Source: Candidatus Shapirobacteria bacterium
GTDB taxonomy: Bacteria > Patescibacteriota > Microgenomatia > UBA12405
Assembly: GCA_041658955.1 (NCBI GenBank)
Contig: JBAZZE010000002.1
Coordinates: 12,505-76,504, forward strand
DNA length: 64,000 bases
Reading direction: 5' to 3'
A program made the translations under genes and the position numbers. A model generated the notes under the pieces. The model saw nothing but the letters and a program-made list of their open reading frames with translations, made no database searches and was not told the DNA's origin. This document shows, in pieces, positions 1 to 9,855 of the stretch (within the stretch, counting starts at the first letter, position 1; each line of letters starts with the position of its first letter).

Positions 1-658
1 CACCGTACATAAAATATTTTTCATTCCACCAGCCGACTTCTTGACCGATGTTTCGTCGCAACATATAAAATGCGCCGACGCAGCAATCGATGGGCTGGAC
101 CTTAGAGTAATCTTGATGTCCGAGAAGGTAGCCATTAAATAGGGCAGCTTTGGGGAATAGTCGGGACATGAAGGGAAGGAAAAAATGACAGAAAGTATTC
201 CAGGGTGTAGGAAATCCCCGATGGCACTCTGGCTGAAGTTCCCCGGTGAGAGTCAGAGTTACGTGACAGGTGGCGGTGTCGATTTTGGGGTGTTTATCAA
301 GATAATCGACCATTCCTTGAAAAGTATTGGGTTCGACTGAGGTGTCTGGATTAAGAAATAAAACGTATTTGGAACTGGGATCAGAAATTTCTACGGCTCG
401 ATTGTTACCAGCGGCAAAACCAATATTGCCACCATTTTGAAGGTACTTAAAATTTATTTTAGGATGAGAGTAGCCGGTTTTTTTAATAATTTCCAACGAA
501 TTGTCGGCGCTAGCATTGTCGACAAGGATTACTTCAATTTGGGAAGTTAAAACCGAACGGCAAATTGATTCAAACAATTTTTGAAGATAAGTCAGAGCAT
601 TGTAATCAAGAATGATGACTGACAAAACCGGTGACTTACTTTTTGGTGATGGTTTCAT
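1..658 (-). CDS. GT2 family glycosyltransferase (WbbL-like), 3' end outside window
   Basis: Not in ORF track; read by hand from ATG at 658: MKPSPKSKSPVLSVIILDYN...IEVILVDNASADNS...NIGFAAGNN...YVLFLNPDT, typical GT2 motifs; overlaps the stop of the upstream GT4. Confidence 0.88.
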   Translation of the reverse strand, partial: MKPSPKSKSPVLSVIILDYNALTYLQKLFESICRSVLTSQIEVILVDNASADNSLEIIKKTGYSHPKINFKYLQNGGNIGFAAGNNRAVEISDPSSKYVLFLNPDTSVEPNTFQGMVDYLDKHPKIDTATCHVTLTLTGELQPECHRGFPTPWNTFCHFFLPFMSRLFPKAALFNGYLLGHQDYSKVQPIDCCVGAFYMLRRNIGQEVGWWNEKYFMYG

Positions 659-1850
659 AAATGTGATTAAGTTTTTCTACACTGGTCTCAAAAGAATAGT
701 CTGCCTTGATAAGTTTTCTGGCTGACTCCCCCATTTGTTGACGATACTTTTTATCCTCGAATAGTTTGTAAACATTTTTAAGAATTTCTTTCTTGTCACA
801 GACAATTGCGTCCTGATAATTGGTTATTTTGATATTGCCCATACCACCTTCAGGGTTGGTAATGACCGGAATTCTAAAGGTCATGCCTTCGAGAAATTTG
901 TTGCGAGTGCCACCCCCGCTACCCATCGGAGCGAGTAAAAGCCAACAGTGTTCATAATAATATTGAAGGTCATGTGGGCCGACAGAGTCAGCTTCGGTAA
1001 CAATAATATCTTCGGAGTTTAGATGTCCAAAAAAATCAACTGAATTTCGACCGACGATGTAAAATTTCGCGGTTGGATATTTTTTCTTTATTTTTGGCCA
1101 ATAATCACGAAGAATGATTTCAGCTGATTCTCGGTTTTGCATCCACTTCATATTGGATGCTCCAGAAAGAATTGAGGGGTACGTCGATCGAGGTGTCTTG
1201 AGAGGCAGTTCAAAATGTTCGGGGTCGACCCCATCTTCAAAGACATGAATATCTTGACGGCCAGTGGCCTTGATAACAAACTCGCGGTCTTCTTGGCTAA
1301 ACATCATCACGGTGTGAGTCTGTTTCCAAAACCGAGTCTCCCAGTATTTTAGTTTGAGAACGTCTATCCACAAAAGTGGGGCAACTAGCTTTTTCCAACC
1401 CGATAATGATCGGACAAAATGTTCGTAGATGGCGTACTCGATAGTGACATCGACAAGAATGGTGGGGATTTTGACTTCGGGGATATTTAGAATTGGGTAA
1501 AGGCAATCACAATGAACAACATCATATTTATGGGTATTAATCTCAGTCTCGATGGCTGATTTTAGATCAGCGTTGATGTAATTAACTAAAAGAAATGGGT
1601 ACCAGCTAAATCCGGCCATGAGGATATTTTTTAGACTCCAAGTGGGTCCCCTTTTGATCAATATTACTTTCTGACAATATTGCTTAAGATCGCTAAGGCC
1701 TTCGTCGTTGCGACTGTAACAGATCAGGGTAATGTTGTTAGTCTTGGACAAATATTTTAGGGTAAAGAAAGAGTGTCGCTGACCTCCTGACTGGTTTAGC
1801 CTGGGAATATAAGGCGTGATCATGAGGATGTTGCGTTTCTTTTGGGTCAT
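636..1850 (-). CDS. GT4 (GT-B) glycosyltransferase
   Basis: 404 aa; N-terminal ILMITPYIP..SGG, C-terminal GGGTRNKFLEGM..RIPVIT donor-binding motif. Confidence 0.88.
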   Translation of the reverse strand: MTQKKRNILMITPYIPRLNQSGGQRHSFFTLKYLSKTNNITLICYSRNDEGLSDLKQYCQKVILIKRGPTWSLKNILMAGFSWYPFLLVNYINADLKSAIETEINTHKYDVVHCDCLYPILNIPEVKIPTILVDVTIEYAIYEHFVRSLSGWKKLVAPLLWIDVLKLKYWETRFWKQTHTVMMFSQEDREFVIKATGRQDIHVFEDGVDPEHFELPLKTPRSTYPSILSGASNMKWMQNRESAEIILRDYWPKIKKKYPTAKFYIVGRNSVDFFGHLNSEDIIVTEADSVGPHDLQYYYEHCWLLLAPMGSGGGTRNKFLEGMTFRIPVITNPEGGMGNIKITNYQDAIVCDKKEILKNVYKLFEDKKYRQQMGESARKLIKADYSFETSVEKLNHIYETITKK

Positions 1851-3304
1851 GGAGAAAGTTTTAGAATAATATAACTATTATTTTTGACTACACTTGGATA
1901 TTTAGCAATCAAGTCATTGGTATGTTTATCATAATTCAAAGATAGAAGATAGACAGGCCTTGGGGAAAACTCTTTGACCTTGGCATCGATATCATATATT
2001 TCGGTGGGCCAGCCAAAAAAACCAGTGTGATAAAGAAGGGTAGTATCGCCATTATTTGGGGCAATAATTAGACTATCTTGGGGGAGAAATTTTTGTGCTT
2101 CAATTCCGGCGGTGATGATCATGGGGTTATTGATCCGGTAATAGTCCTTAATTTTAGTTAGAGAAAAATAAGATGAAAGTATAAATAGTGAACTGATGGC
2201 TAAGACTTTGAGTGGGAGAGAACTGAAAACAAATTGCGATATATAGAAATAACCAATCCCGCCCAACATGGCTAGAGAAGGAATTATTAGAGTTTGATAA
2301 TAATCGTGTTGGATATTGCCCTGAGCGATGATAATGAAATAAAGTAAAATCCCAGCGACTAGGCTAAGAGCCATTGGTTGAGAATACTTTTTTTGATAAG
2401 CCAGTCCTAGAAATATGGGAATTACCCCAAAATTACCAAGGATGAGGATGCTTAATCTTTCTTGAAATAACCATTGCCACCAATGAGGTCGGAAGGCAAT
2501 CAGTTTATTGAGAAAACTAAGATTGTAACCATGGTACCAAGCCGGAAAAGTAGTGGTGACGCCATTATTTAGCAACCAATTGCTACTGGGAATGCCTTCG
2601 GGGAACTGGGATATCCAAACACGCCATAGAGCAAATGGCGTTAGAGCGATAAGGGCAAAAATGATTAATGACAAAAAAGATTTCTTAGTAAAATATTTGG
2701 TTTGGTGAGTCAGGATAATGGTCAATAAAGTCGGAAAAAGAATAAGCCCGGTATAAGGTTTGACCAGAAGTGACAGGGCTAAGGCTATGCCAGAAAAAAG
2801 TAAATGATCTGAAAACAGATAAAGAGAAAGTAACATAAAGAAAACAGCAGCTGGTTCAGGAAGAGTTACTCGAGAATAAAAAACATTAAACGGTAAGAAC
2901 ATGAACAGAGCCAAACTAAAAAGGGAAGGCAAATATTGCGAGGTAAATCCTTTGACGATAAAAAATATAAGCAAGCCACTACCAAGAGATAGAAGGATAG
3001 AGACTAGGCGTGAGGCAAGAGTCACATTGCCACCGATTAGGTAGGAAACCCCTAGAGACATGGCATTGTAGATCGGGGCTTCGACCATACGATAGCCCTG
3101 AGGATTTTCTTTACCTGATTGGGTCGATGAAATATCGTAGTAACGAGGATGTAGAAAATCAAAACCCTGTTTTTGATAGACCTGAGTGACCGCTACAGTA
3201 TCGGTTTGACGAAAGGAATGCCAATCGGCGACAGGTTCATTTACTCGATAGAGTCGAGCCATGAGGCCAAAAAGTAATACCAAAATGACTAATATTTTTT
3301 TCAT
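1847..3304 (-). CDS. ArnT/PMT-like (GT-C) polytopic membrane glycosyltransferase
   Basis: 485 aa, many TM segments, first-loop DWHSFRQTDT, EAPIYN, RLVSI, YSR..LPE, LVKP motifs. Confidence 0.75.
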   Translation of the reverse strand: MKKILVILVLLFGLMARLYRVNEPVADWHSFRQTDTVAVTQVYQKQGFDFLHPRYYDISSTQSGKENPQGYRMVEAPIYNAMSLGVSYLIGGNVTLASRLVSILLSLGSGLLIFFIVKGFTSQYLPSLFSLALFMFLPFNVFYSRVTLPEPAAVFFMLLSLYLFSDHLLFSGIALALSLLVKPYTGLILFPTLLTIILTHQTKYFTKKSFLSLIIFALIALTPFALWRVWISQFPEGIPSSNWLLNNGVTTTFPAWYHGYNLSFLNKLIAFRPHWWQWLFQERLSILILGNFGVIPIFLGLAYQKKYSQPMALSLVAGILLYFIIIAQGNIQHDYYQTLIIPSLAMLGGIGYFYISQFVFSSLPLKVLAISSLFILSSYFSLTKIKDYYRINNPMIITAGIEAQKFLPQDSLIIAPNNGDTTLLYHTGFFGWPTEIYDIDAKVKEFSPRPVYLLSLNYDKHTNDLIAKYPSVVKNNSYIILKLSP

Positions 3305-4683
3305 TTAGAGACTTTTTTCTGGTTGAGGATTTGATAATAAAATCCCATCATGATCCAAAATAAATAGGCTGTTTTTGAGGCTTCAAAGACATCAATTAAG
3401 GTGGCATTGATCAGAAATGTAATCATGGCGGCAAAAAATAAAAGTGAGGGGCGGGAACGCACTTGATAAGTCCGGATTGTAAAATATAAAAATATCAACA
3501 TAAAAGTCACAAATCCAACTACACCACTCTCCCCCAAAAGCCGGAGATAATCGTTGTCGGTAGCCAAAGTGATCGAACCAAGTCCGGTTCCAAAAAGAAT
3601 ATTTTTCTTTAGGGCAGTAATGGCTCGAGGCCATTCGGCATTAAAACGAATTTCTCCAGATCGGGCAACGCCAACATCAGCATCGATGGGAATTTGTTCT
3701 TCGATTGGTCCTTTGCGAATAATAGTTGGTTTGGGAGTAACTTTGTTGATGACTGGAGAAACTACTGCGATAGGTCCTTTGGTAGGGGTGATTACAGCGA
3801 TGGGGGTTGGGGTAACCATAGGAGTGGTGACAAAGAACTGGTTTTTTAGGGCAGGAATAGTGGCGAGTAAGCGCTGATTAAGATCTTTGGAATTGACTAG
3901 GCTAAAGGCAAAAACAATAGTCACTGGGACAATCCAAAAATATTTACGAAGTAAGAAAATTGCTAGACACATGCCTCCGTAGAATGCGAAAATGGAGACT
4001 CGGGATGCGGTAAGGGTAAGAATTTGAAAAGAAAGAAGCCAGAGAATAATATTGGTGAGCCTTAGCCAAATGTTTTTTTGAGTGACAATGACTCCCCCAA
4101 TTAATACCAAAACAATACTTAGGAATGCTGCCAAATCGTAGTGACCAGCAAAGGTGGAACTGATGCGGGTCCAATTATCCATTTGCAGTAGTTGGCCTTT
4201 GCTAAATTCAGAATTCATGGTCGAAATAACTGGCAGACTAAAATATTTTTGGCCAAAACCATAAGCAATTACTCCTGCAGTTGCTAGAGCTAAGAAAGTA
4301 TAAAATTCCTTAAGATGTGGGTAATCTTTAGTAGTAGAAATGGTTAAAAAGAAAAGAGAAATGTATTCAAAACGGCGAAGTAAGTGGAGAAGGAGGATGT
4401 TTACCGGTTCTGTTTGGTTAATAAAGTAGGCATTAATAAAACTTATGACAATAGCGATAAGATATGCGGCAAATAGTTTGGTGATGGGTTCTTTGAGAAC
4501 TGGAAACTTATGGCGAAGTTGGTATATAAGCCAAAACAATAAAGAGATAGTGACGATGATATCGTCAAGACGAATAGCCACATAGGTTCCAGTCACTGAG
4601 GCTAGAGGAAATTTGGGATACAGAGGGATAAAGATAATCAGAACAGCAAGGATGGGACGTAGGAGAGAAAATCTTTTAAGCAC
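3301..4683 (-). CDS. O-antigen ligase/polymerase (Wzy_C/WaaL-like) family membrane protein with Thr/Pro-rich loop
   Basis: 460 aa; RISSTF, LTLTASR, ILFGTGLG, DNDYLRLLGESG.VGF motifs of the Wzy_C family. Confidence 0.8.
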   Translation of the reverse strand: MLKRFSLLRPILAVLIIFIPLYPKFPLASVTGTYVAIRLDDIIVTISLLFWLIYQLRHKFPVLKEPITKLFAAYLIAIVISFINAYFINQTEPVNILLLHLLRRFEYISLFFLTISTTKDYPHLKEFYTFLALATAGVIAYGFGQKYFSLPVISTMNSEFSKGQLLQMDNWTRISSTFAGHYDLAAFLSIVLVLIGGVIVTQKNIWLRLTNIILWLLSFQILTLTASRVSIFAFYGGMCLAIFLLRKYFWIVPVTIVFAFSLVNSKDLNQRLLATIPALKNQFFVTTPMVTPTPIAVITPTKGPIAVVSPVINKVTPKPTIIRKGPIEEQIPIDADVGVARSGEIRFNAEWPRAITALKKNILFGTGLGSITLATDNDYLRLLGESGVVGFVTFMLIFLYFTIRTYQVRSRPSLLFFAAMITFLINATLIDVFEASKTAYLFWIMMGFYYQILNQKKVSK

Positions 4684-5566
4684 GGCGTAAATATTTATAA
4701 AGATGTAACTGAAGAAAACGGTTGATAGATATAAGGTATTTTAATAATTTTTGTTCAACACTTGATCGATGCATTCGGAAGAAAGCACTGATGCCATCGT
4801 ATTCACGGTCATAAATAATTTGTTTACTGGTGGAGGAAGCTCCACCCAGATGAATAATTTGGGGACCGACTAGATACCACAGTTGAAGTTTGGGGTAGAG
4901 CAAATGAATGCGATAACACATCTCCATTTCTTCACCATACATAAAGAAATCAGGATTAAAACCTTTGACCTTAACAATCATTTCCCGACGAATAAGCATA
5001 AAAGCTCCAGTTACCCAGTCTTGGGGATGGTCTTTTAAATAATATTTGTCGTGGGTGTAAAAGTCGGGTGAATGTGGATGGTAAGGTGGGATAAAAAAAT
5101 TAACAAATGGTAAGTCGTCGAGGTGAAGTAGAAGAGAGGCGATGTTTAAAAGCGTGGGGAAGTATCCCCCACTAGGCTGGATGGTTTTATCTTTATTGAG
5201 GAGTTGGGCAGTGCAACCATAGCTTTCTGGGTGGCTACTAAGCCAATCAAGGGATTGGCTAATGGCACTGTGAAGAATAATAGTGTCGGTGTTGAGGAGG
5301 AGTAAATAATTTCCTTGAGATACTTCTATTCCTTGGTTGTTGGCCCGACCAAAACCAACATTTTCTTGGTTAACAATTATCTTGATGGGCCCTTTAAGTT
5401 TTTTGACTTTGGCGACACTGTCATCAGTGCTGGCATTATCAACCATGATGATTTCGTAAGGAGTGTCTTTTAAGCCTTTGTCAGTAAAAATTGACTTAAT
5501 ACAATCAACGGTAATATCGGCGGTATTCCAGTTAACTATGATGATTGAAAGTATTGGTTTATTCAT
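4676..5566 (-). CDS. GT2 family glycosyltransferase (WbbL-like)
   Basis: LSIIIVNWN, VDNASTD, GFGRANN, LLNTD, FFMYGEE, HLGGAS. Confidence 0.92.
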   Translation of the reverse strand: MNKPILSIIIVNWNTADITVDCIKSIFTDKGLKDTPYEIIMVDNASTDDSVAKVKKLKGPIKIIVNQENVGFGRANNQGIEVSQGNYLLLLNTDTIILHSAISQSLDWLSSHPESYGCTAQLLNKDKTIQPSGGYFPTLLNIASLLLHLDDLPFVNFFIPPYHPHSPDFYTHDKYYLKDHPQDWVTGAFMLIRREMIVKVKGFNPDFFMYGEEMEMCYRIHLLYPKLQLWYLVGPQIIHLGGASSTSKQIIYDREYDGISAFFRMHRSSVEQKLLKYLISINRFLQLHLYKYLRRA

Positions 5567-6098
5567 TTTTTTTGAGGAAGCTTCGATAACACCACCATAT
5601 AGCTATTAATAAGATTTCAGTTCCAAAAAATCCAATTAATCTTTGAGTGAAACTGGTGGGATATGATTTGACGGTAATTTTTGATTGGTACTCAGCGCCG
5701 TTGTAGATCAGTTTATTGGCGATTCTTTTTTCTGGTTTGGTGAAGACGTCATTTTGCCAGTCATAACCATTGATAAAGACAGAGCCTTTGAATGGAAAGA
5801 CAAATTCTTCGAGGTAATAACTTTGGATGGTGTCAGTAATAACTTCTTTGGCTTTTTCGGGTGGATGATTTAGTTGAATTCGCAGAGGACCATTTAAGTT
5901 GGCTTTATAGAAAGTAATGACTTCAGTCCGCGATAGATTGGTAAAATATCCGGAGACATTTTTAAGCTGGGTGGTATCACCAGGCAGAGTAGAGCGGACT
6001 GAGTTGGTAAGGTCAGGGATGTGAGGTAACGGGACTGATAAATAAGTTACCGCTAATATATTGAAAATTACCAAAAAAATTATCAGAACTTTATTCAT
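5559..6098 (-). CDS. hypothetical membrane protein (N- and C-terminal TM helices)
   Basis: 179 aa, translationally coupled to neighbours, hydrophobic termini, no recognised domain. Confidence 0.7.
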   Translation of the reverse strand: MNKVLIIFLVIFNILAVTYLSVPLPHIPDLTNSVRSTLPGDTTQLKNVSGYFTNLSRTEVITFYKANLNGPLRIQLNHPPEKAKEVITDTIQSYYLEEFVFPFKGSVFINGYDWQNDVFTKPEKRIANKLIYNGAEYQSKITVKSYPTSFTQRLIGFFGTEILLIAIWWCYRSFLKKNE

Positions 6099-6099
6099 G

Positions 6100-6693
6100 T
6101 TATTGAAAGAGCATTACCCGTCCAAGATTGTAACTGGGTTTTTTAATACGTCGATCAGATATCTTTTTCGCAGGGACACCACCCCAGACTTCAAATGCAG
6201 GAACATCTTTGGTGACGACAGCTCCAGCGGCGATAACTGCCCCTTCGCCAATGGTGACGTTGGGAAGAATAATTGCCCGAGGTCCGACAAAAACATAATC
6301 TCCAATAGTTACTGGCCCAAAAGAATTGTCGTAAGTGTCGGAGTGGATGTCGTGTTCGTCATTGTAGATCATCACCTCAGAAGCGAGACTGCTGTGATTG
6401 CCGATGGTCAACGGAGCTCGACCATCAAGAAAACAACGACTACCGACGATAGAATCATGACCAATTTTGATACCACTGGGTTTAAAAAAATTGGCTCCAA
6501 GATGAATAGTCGAATCGAGTGGTAGATCCATGCCGGAAAGATTGTAGAAAAATTTTCGAATTAAGTGACTGGGGATATAACCAACTAGTCGGAGAATATA
6601 AAGCCAAAACTCTAAGCCAATAGTTATCAGCCGATTGATAGTTTTGGGGATAATGTTGCCCAAATTTACTTTTTGACCAACGTACTCATTCAT
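6100..6693 (-). CDS. hexapeptide-repeat O-acyltransferase (WcaF/LacA-like)
   Basis: PVTIGDYVFVGPRAIILPNVTIGEGAVIAAGAVVTKDV...GGVPAK left-handed beta-helix signature. Confidence 0.92.
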   Translation of the reverse strand: MNEYVGQKVNLGNIIPKTINRLITIGLEFWLYILRLVGYIPSHLIRKFFYNLSGMDLPLDSTIHLGANFFKPSGIKIGHDSIVGSRCFLDGRAPLTIGNHSSLASEVMIYNDEHDIHSDTYDNSFGPVTIGDYVFVGPRAIILPNVTIGEGAVIAAGAVVTKDVPAFEVWGGVPAKKISDRRIKKPSYNLGRVMLFQ

Positions 6694-6700
6694 AGTGGAA

Positions 6701-7810
6701 TTATACCTTATTGAAGGTATTAATAAGCATTTTGGCTGAATTAGCCCAGGTGTAATGATTGGCTTTGGCGGAACCTAGTGCAATCAGTTTTTTACGAAGT
6801 ACTGGAGACTGAATATCAATCAGGGCTTGGGTAAGGGAAGAAGTATTAGCGGGGTCGATTATGATAGCTGAGTCCTCTAAAACTTCGCGATAGGCGGGAA
6901 TGTTAGAGGCAATGACCGGAACTTTTGATTTTTGACTTTCAATGGCCGGTATACCAAAGCCTTCGTAAGTACTAGGAAGTACCGAAGCTATGGCGTTTTT
7001 ATAAAGTGTCCATTTTTCTAGTTCGCTAATATAATCAGTGAAGATTACTGATTTTTCTAAGTGATTGGCAGTAACATGCGAAAAGATGGTGTCGTATTGC
7101 CAACCCTTTTTACCGGCGATAACAAGTTGAAACTGAGGGTCTTTTGATTTTTGGAGTTTGAGAAAGTCTGCAAAAGCATTGATCAAAAATGGAATGTTTT
7201 TATTTGGTTTGAGAGTCCCGAGATAGAGAAAATATGGTTTGGTAATCCCAAATTTTGTCTTTACCTTGGCAAAATCTTTGTCGGTATTAACAGGAATATC
7301 CCCCACTCCATTTGGGACGACAGTAATTTTGTCTGGAGAAATTTTGTAAATTCGATTGATTTCGTTTTTGGTAAATTCGGAAACAGCTACAATTTGGTGA
7401 GCGCCGAAAATTGATCGTTTGGTCCAATTGATTAGCTGATAAATGTCTTTGGAGTTAAATTGGTCTTGAGCCTCGAGATACCCCAGATCATGGATAGTGG
7501 GGATAGTGGAAACTGGAGAAAAACGAGGTGAATAGTGACTCGGTGACCAAAATAAATCGAGTTTGATTGATTGGGTAAAAAGTCTAAAGGGTAAAGCAAT
7601 AAATGTCCAAAGTTTTTGGGGACCAAAGACATGATATTGCCAGTTGTCACTTTGCGGTGGCATATCTGAAAGTGGTGGTTGTTTTAAATAGAGGTGGTAA
7701 GTATTTTTTTTGTCCTGTCGATAAAGTTCCCAAATAATATTGAAAGCATACTGACCAACTCCGACTCGAACATTATGATTGGCTTCGTTGGCATCTATTC
7801 CAATTTTCAT
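6701..7810 (-). CDS. GT4 glycosyltransferase (MtfB/WbdB-like)
   Basis: TIHDL, YLGTLKPNKN, PSTYEGFGIPAIE. Confidence 0.92.
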   Translation of the reverse strand: MKIGIDANEANHNVRVGVGQYAFNIIWELYRQDKKNTYHLYLKQPPLSDMPPQSDNWQYHVFGPQKLWTFIALPFRLFTQSIKLDLFWSPSHYSPRFSPVSTIPTIHDLGYLEAQDQFNSKDIYQLINWTKRSIFGAHQIVAVSEFTKNEINRIYKISPDKITVVPNGVGDIPVNTDKDFAKVKTKFGITKPYFLYLGTLKPNKNIPFLINAFADFLKLQKSKDPQFQLVIAGKKGWQYDTIFSHVTANHLEKSVIFTDYISELEKWTLYKNAIASVLPSTYEGFGIPAIESQKSKVPVIASNIPAYREVLEDSAIIIDPANTSSLTQALIDIQSPVLRKKLIALGSAKANHYTWANSAKMLINTFNKV

Positions 7811-7812
7811 AT

Positions 7813-8955
7813 TTATGAATTAAATGTTTTGGTGTAGACCGACAAGGTTTCGGAGGCGGTCTTGGCCCAAGAAAATTTGGCTGCTTGACGATAACCTCGA
7901 TTAATAAGAGTTCTTCTAAGTGTGGGAGAATTGACAATATTGGTAATTGCTTCAGTTAATTCTTTGGTGCTAGTGGGATTGACTAACAGGGCCGCCTGTC
8001 CGGCAACTTCAGCCAGAGAAGATAGGTTGCTAGTAATAACGGGGGTACCGACTTTCATTGATTTGATAATTGGGAGGCCAAAACCTTCATAGGTACTGGG
8101 GTAAGCAAGGCACAAGGCACTAGCGTGTAAAGCCACCAAATCTTTTTCGGGAATATAACCCAGTACTTTGACTGAGTTGTCCCCTGGTGGCGAGACGTCA
8201 TCTCCCCAGCCGTATTTACCAGAGATAGCCAACTCTACTTTTGAGGTTGGATGAGCTCTTTTAAATTGAGTAAAGGCTTGGATAAGTCGGCTCAAATTTT
8301 TACGAGGTTCGCGAGTACCTTGAGTGAGGATGAAGTTAGAAAGACCGTATTGTTGGTGGATTTTAGCAATCTTTGATTGTCTTTCTTTGAGTGACAATTT
8401 GTGGAATAAGTCGAATTTTTTTTCGGCTGCTTCGTAAATAACGGAGATTTTATCGGCTTTAATTCCAGGAAAAATTCGAGTCAGATCATTTTTAGTACTC
8501 TGCGACACGCAGATAAAATGGAAACATTCGCGGACAGCATGGGAGAGTTTTTTCTTAAATGTAGCAATGGTTCGGGGGTGCTGATCTTCGGGAAACAAAA
8601 ATGGAACAAAGTCGTGAACCGTAGTTATGGTTTTGGCCCGAGTGGTGGGCGGATGAGTCCAGTCCCAAGTATGGAAAATATCACAACGACCAATAAACAT
8701 TTCGATGGGGAAGATATGAAGATCATTCCAGAGGTAGGATAAAAGTGTAGGCGGAAAATAGTGGCGGAAAATTTTAACGTTTTTGTACTTAGTGAGCTCT
8801 TGTATTTCGGCGGGCAGGGGTTGGCGAAGTGAGGAAAAGAAAAGCTTATATTGGTTTTTGTGATCGATCAAAACCAAATTACGGACCAGATTTGAAGTGT
8901 AATTACTGACTCCGGTGCCATAGGGAACTGCGGAAACATCAATACCGATAATCAT
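7813..8955 (-). CDS. GT4 glycosyltransferase (MtfB/WbdB-like)
   Basis: TTVHD, GTREPRKN, PSTYEGFGLPI; second Glu of the EX7E motif appears replaced by K. Confidence 0.9.
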   Translation of the reverse strand: MIIGIDVSAVPYGTGVSNYTSNLVRNLVLIDHKNQYKLFFSSLRQPLPAEIQELTKYKNVKIFRHYFPPTLLSYLWNDLHIFPIEMFIGRCDIFHTWDWTHPPTTRAKTITTVHDFVPFLFPEDQHPRTIATFKKKLSHAVRECFHFICVSQSTKNDLTRIFPGIKADKISVIYEAAEKKFDLFHKLSLKERQSKIAKIHQQYGLSNFILTQGTREPRKNLSRLIQAFTQFKRAHPTSKVELAISGKYGWGDDVSPPGDNSVKVLGYIPEKDLVALHASALCLAYPSTYEGFGLPIIKSMKVGTPVITSNLSSLAEVAGQAALLVNPTSTKELTEAITNIVNSPTLRRTLINRGYRQAAKFSWAKTASETLSVYTKTFNS

Positions 8956-8958
8956 ATA

Positions 8959-9855
8959 TTATTTGTTAATTATAAGAGAAGAACGGATCAAATACGATAG
9001 ATTACGTAGCCTTTCGATCATGATTGATGGTAGGTTGGTGAGTATCTGCGATATTGAATAATTTTTTATAATTAATTTTATCCAGTTACGAAGAGTGTAG
9101 TACTGGCGAAGGGTACCCATGTTATTACTGGTACTTCCGCCCAAATGATAGGAAATGGCAGTAGGAATAAGCAAGCTTTGGTAATTATTTTTAGATAAGC
9201 GAAAAGCTAGGTCAACATCTTCAATATAGGCAAAAAAAGATTCATCAAACAAGCCGACTGTTTCTATGGCGGATTTTTGATAGACCACTACAGCGGCGGA
9301 GCTACCCCAAACAGGAATGTAGGGAGCTTTAAGATTGTCACCCCTCGACTTTGCTCGGGGTAAACTTTCTCGCAATGACGATTTGTAAGGTTGGCCGTTA
9401 TTTATATTTTCGCAACGTCCGGACATGAAGTATTTAAAACCTTGTGATTCTATTTTTGAGCCATCATAGGACAAGACTGTGCCACAAAATGTAGAATATT
9501 TAGGATTTTCAGTTATGGCTTTAGATATAAGCGAGAACCAATCGGGATTTAAGTTTAGGTCATTATTGAGTACACAGACGTAATCGTATTTAGACGTTCG
9601 TATCCCATCGTTGACTGCCTTGGCAAATCCAAAATTTGATCTTAAAGCTATCAGTTTAGAATTTTCCGGGAAAAATTTTTTAAATATTTCGGGACTGTTA
9701 TCGGTAGAACCATTATCAACTAAAATTATTTCAAATTTTGATTTTGGACAACTGAGAATAGCTTTGTGAAGTGTAACCAAACAGGGCTCAATAAACTTGG
9801 CGCCGTTAAAGTTGGGTATGACAATACTAAAATTGGGGGAGTTCGATTTTGTCAC
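8959..9855 (-). CDS. GT2 glycosyltransferase carrying an in-frame palindromic repeat
   Basis: FSIVIPNFNG, VDNGSTD, LNND, FFAYIEDVDL; close paralog of 15396-16370. Confidence 0.9.
   Translation of the reverse strand: MTKSNSPNFSIVIPNFNGAKFIEPCLVTLHKAILSCPKSKFEIILVDNGSTDNSPEIFKKFFPENSKLIALRSNFGFAKAVNDGIRTSKYDYVCVLNNDLNLNPDWFSLISKAITENPKYSTFCGTVLSYDGSKIESQGFKYFMSGRCENINNGQPYKSSLRESLPRAKSRGDNLKAPYIPVWGSSAAVVVYQKSAIETVGLFDESFFAYIEDVDLAFRLSKNNYQSLLIPTAISYHLGGSTSNNMGTLRQYYTLRNWIKLIIKNYSISQILTNLPSIMIERLRNLSYLIRSSLIINK
9331..9380 (-). repeat. short palindromic repeat (CGTCATTGCGAG...CAATCTT family), copy 1, intragenic, with nested CCCCGAGCAAAGTCGAGGGG hairpin
   Basis: + strand aagattgtca-cccctcgactttgctcgggg-taaacttt-ctcgcaatgacg; ends match the copies at 29051 and 45912. 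Confidence 0.75.
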
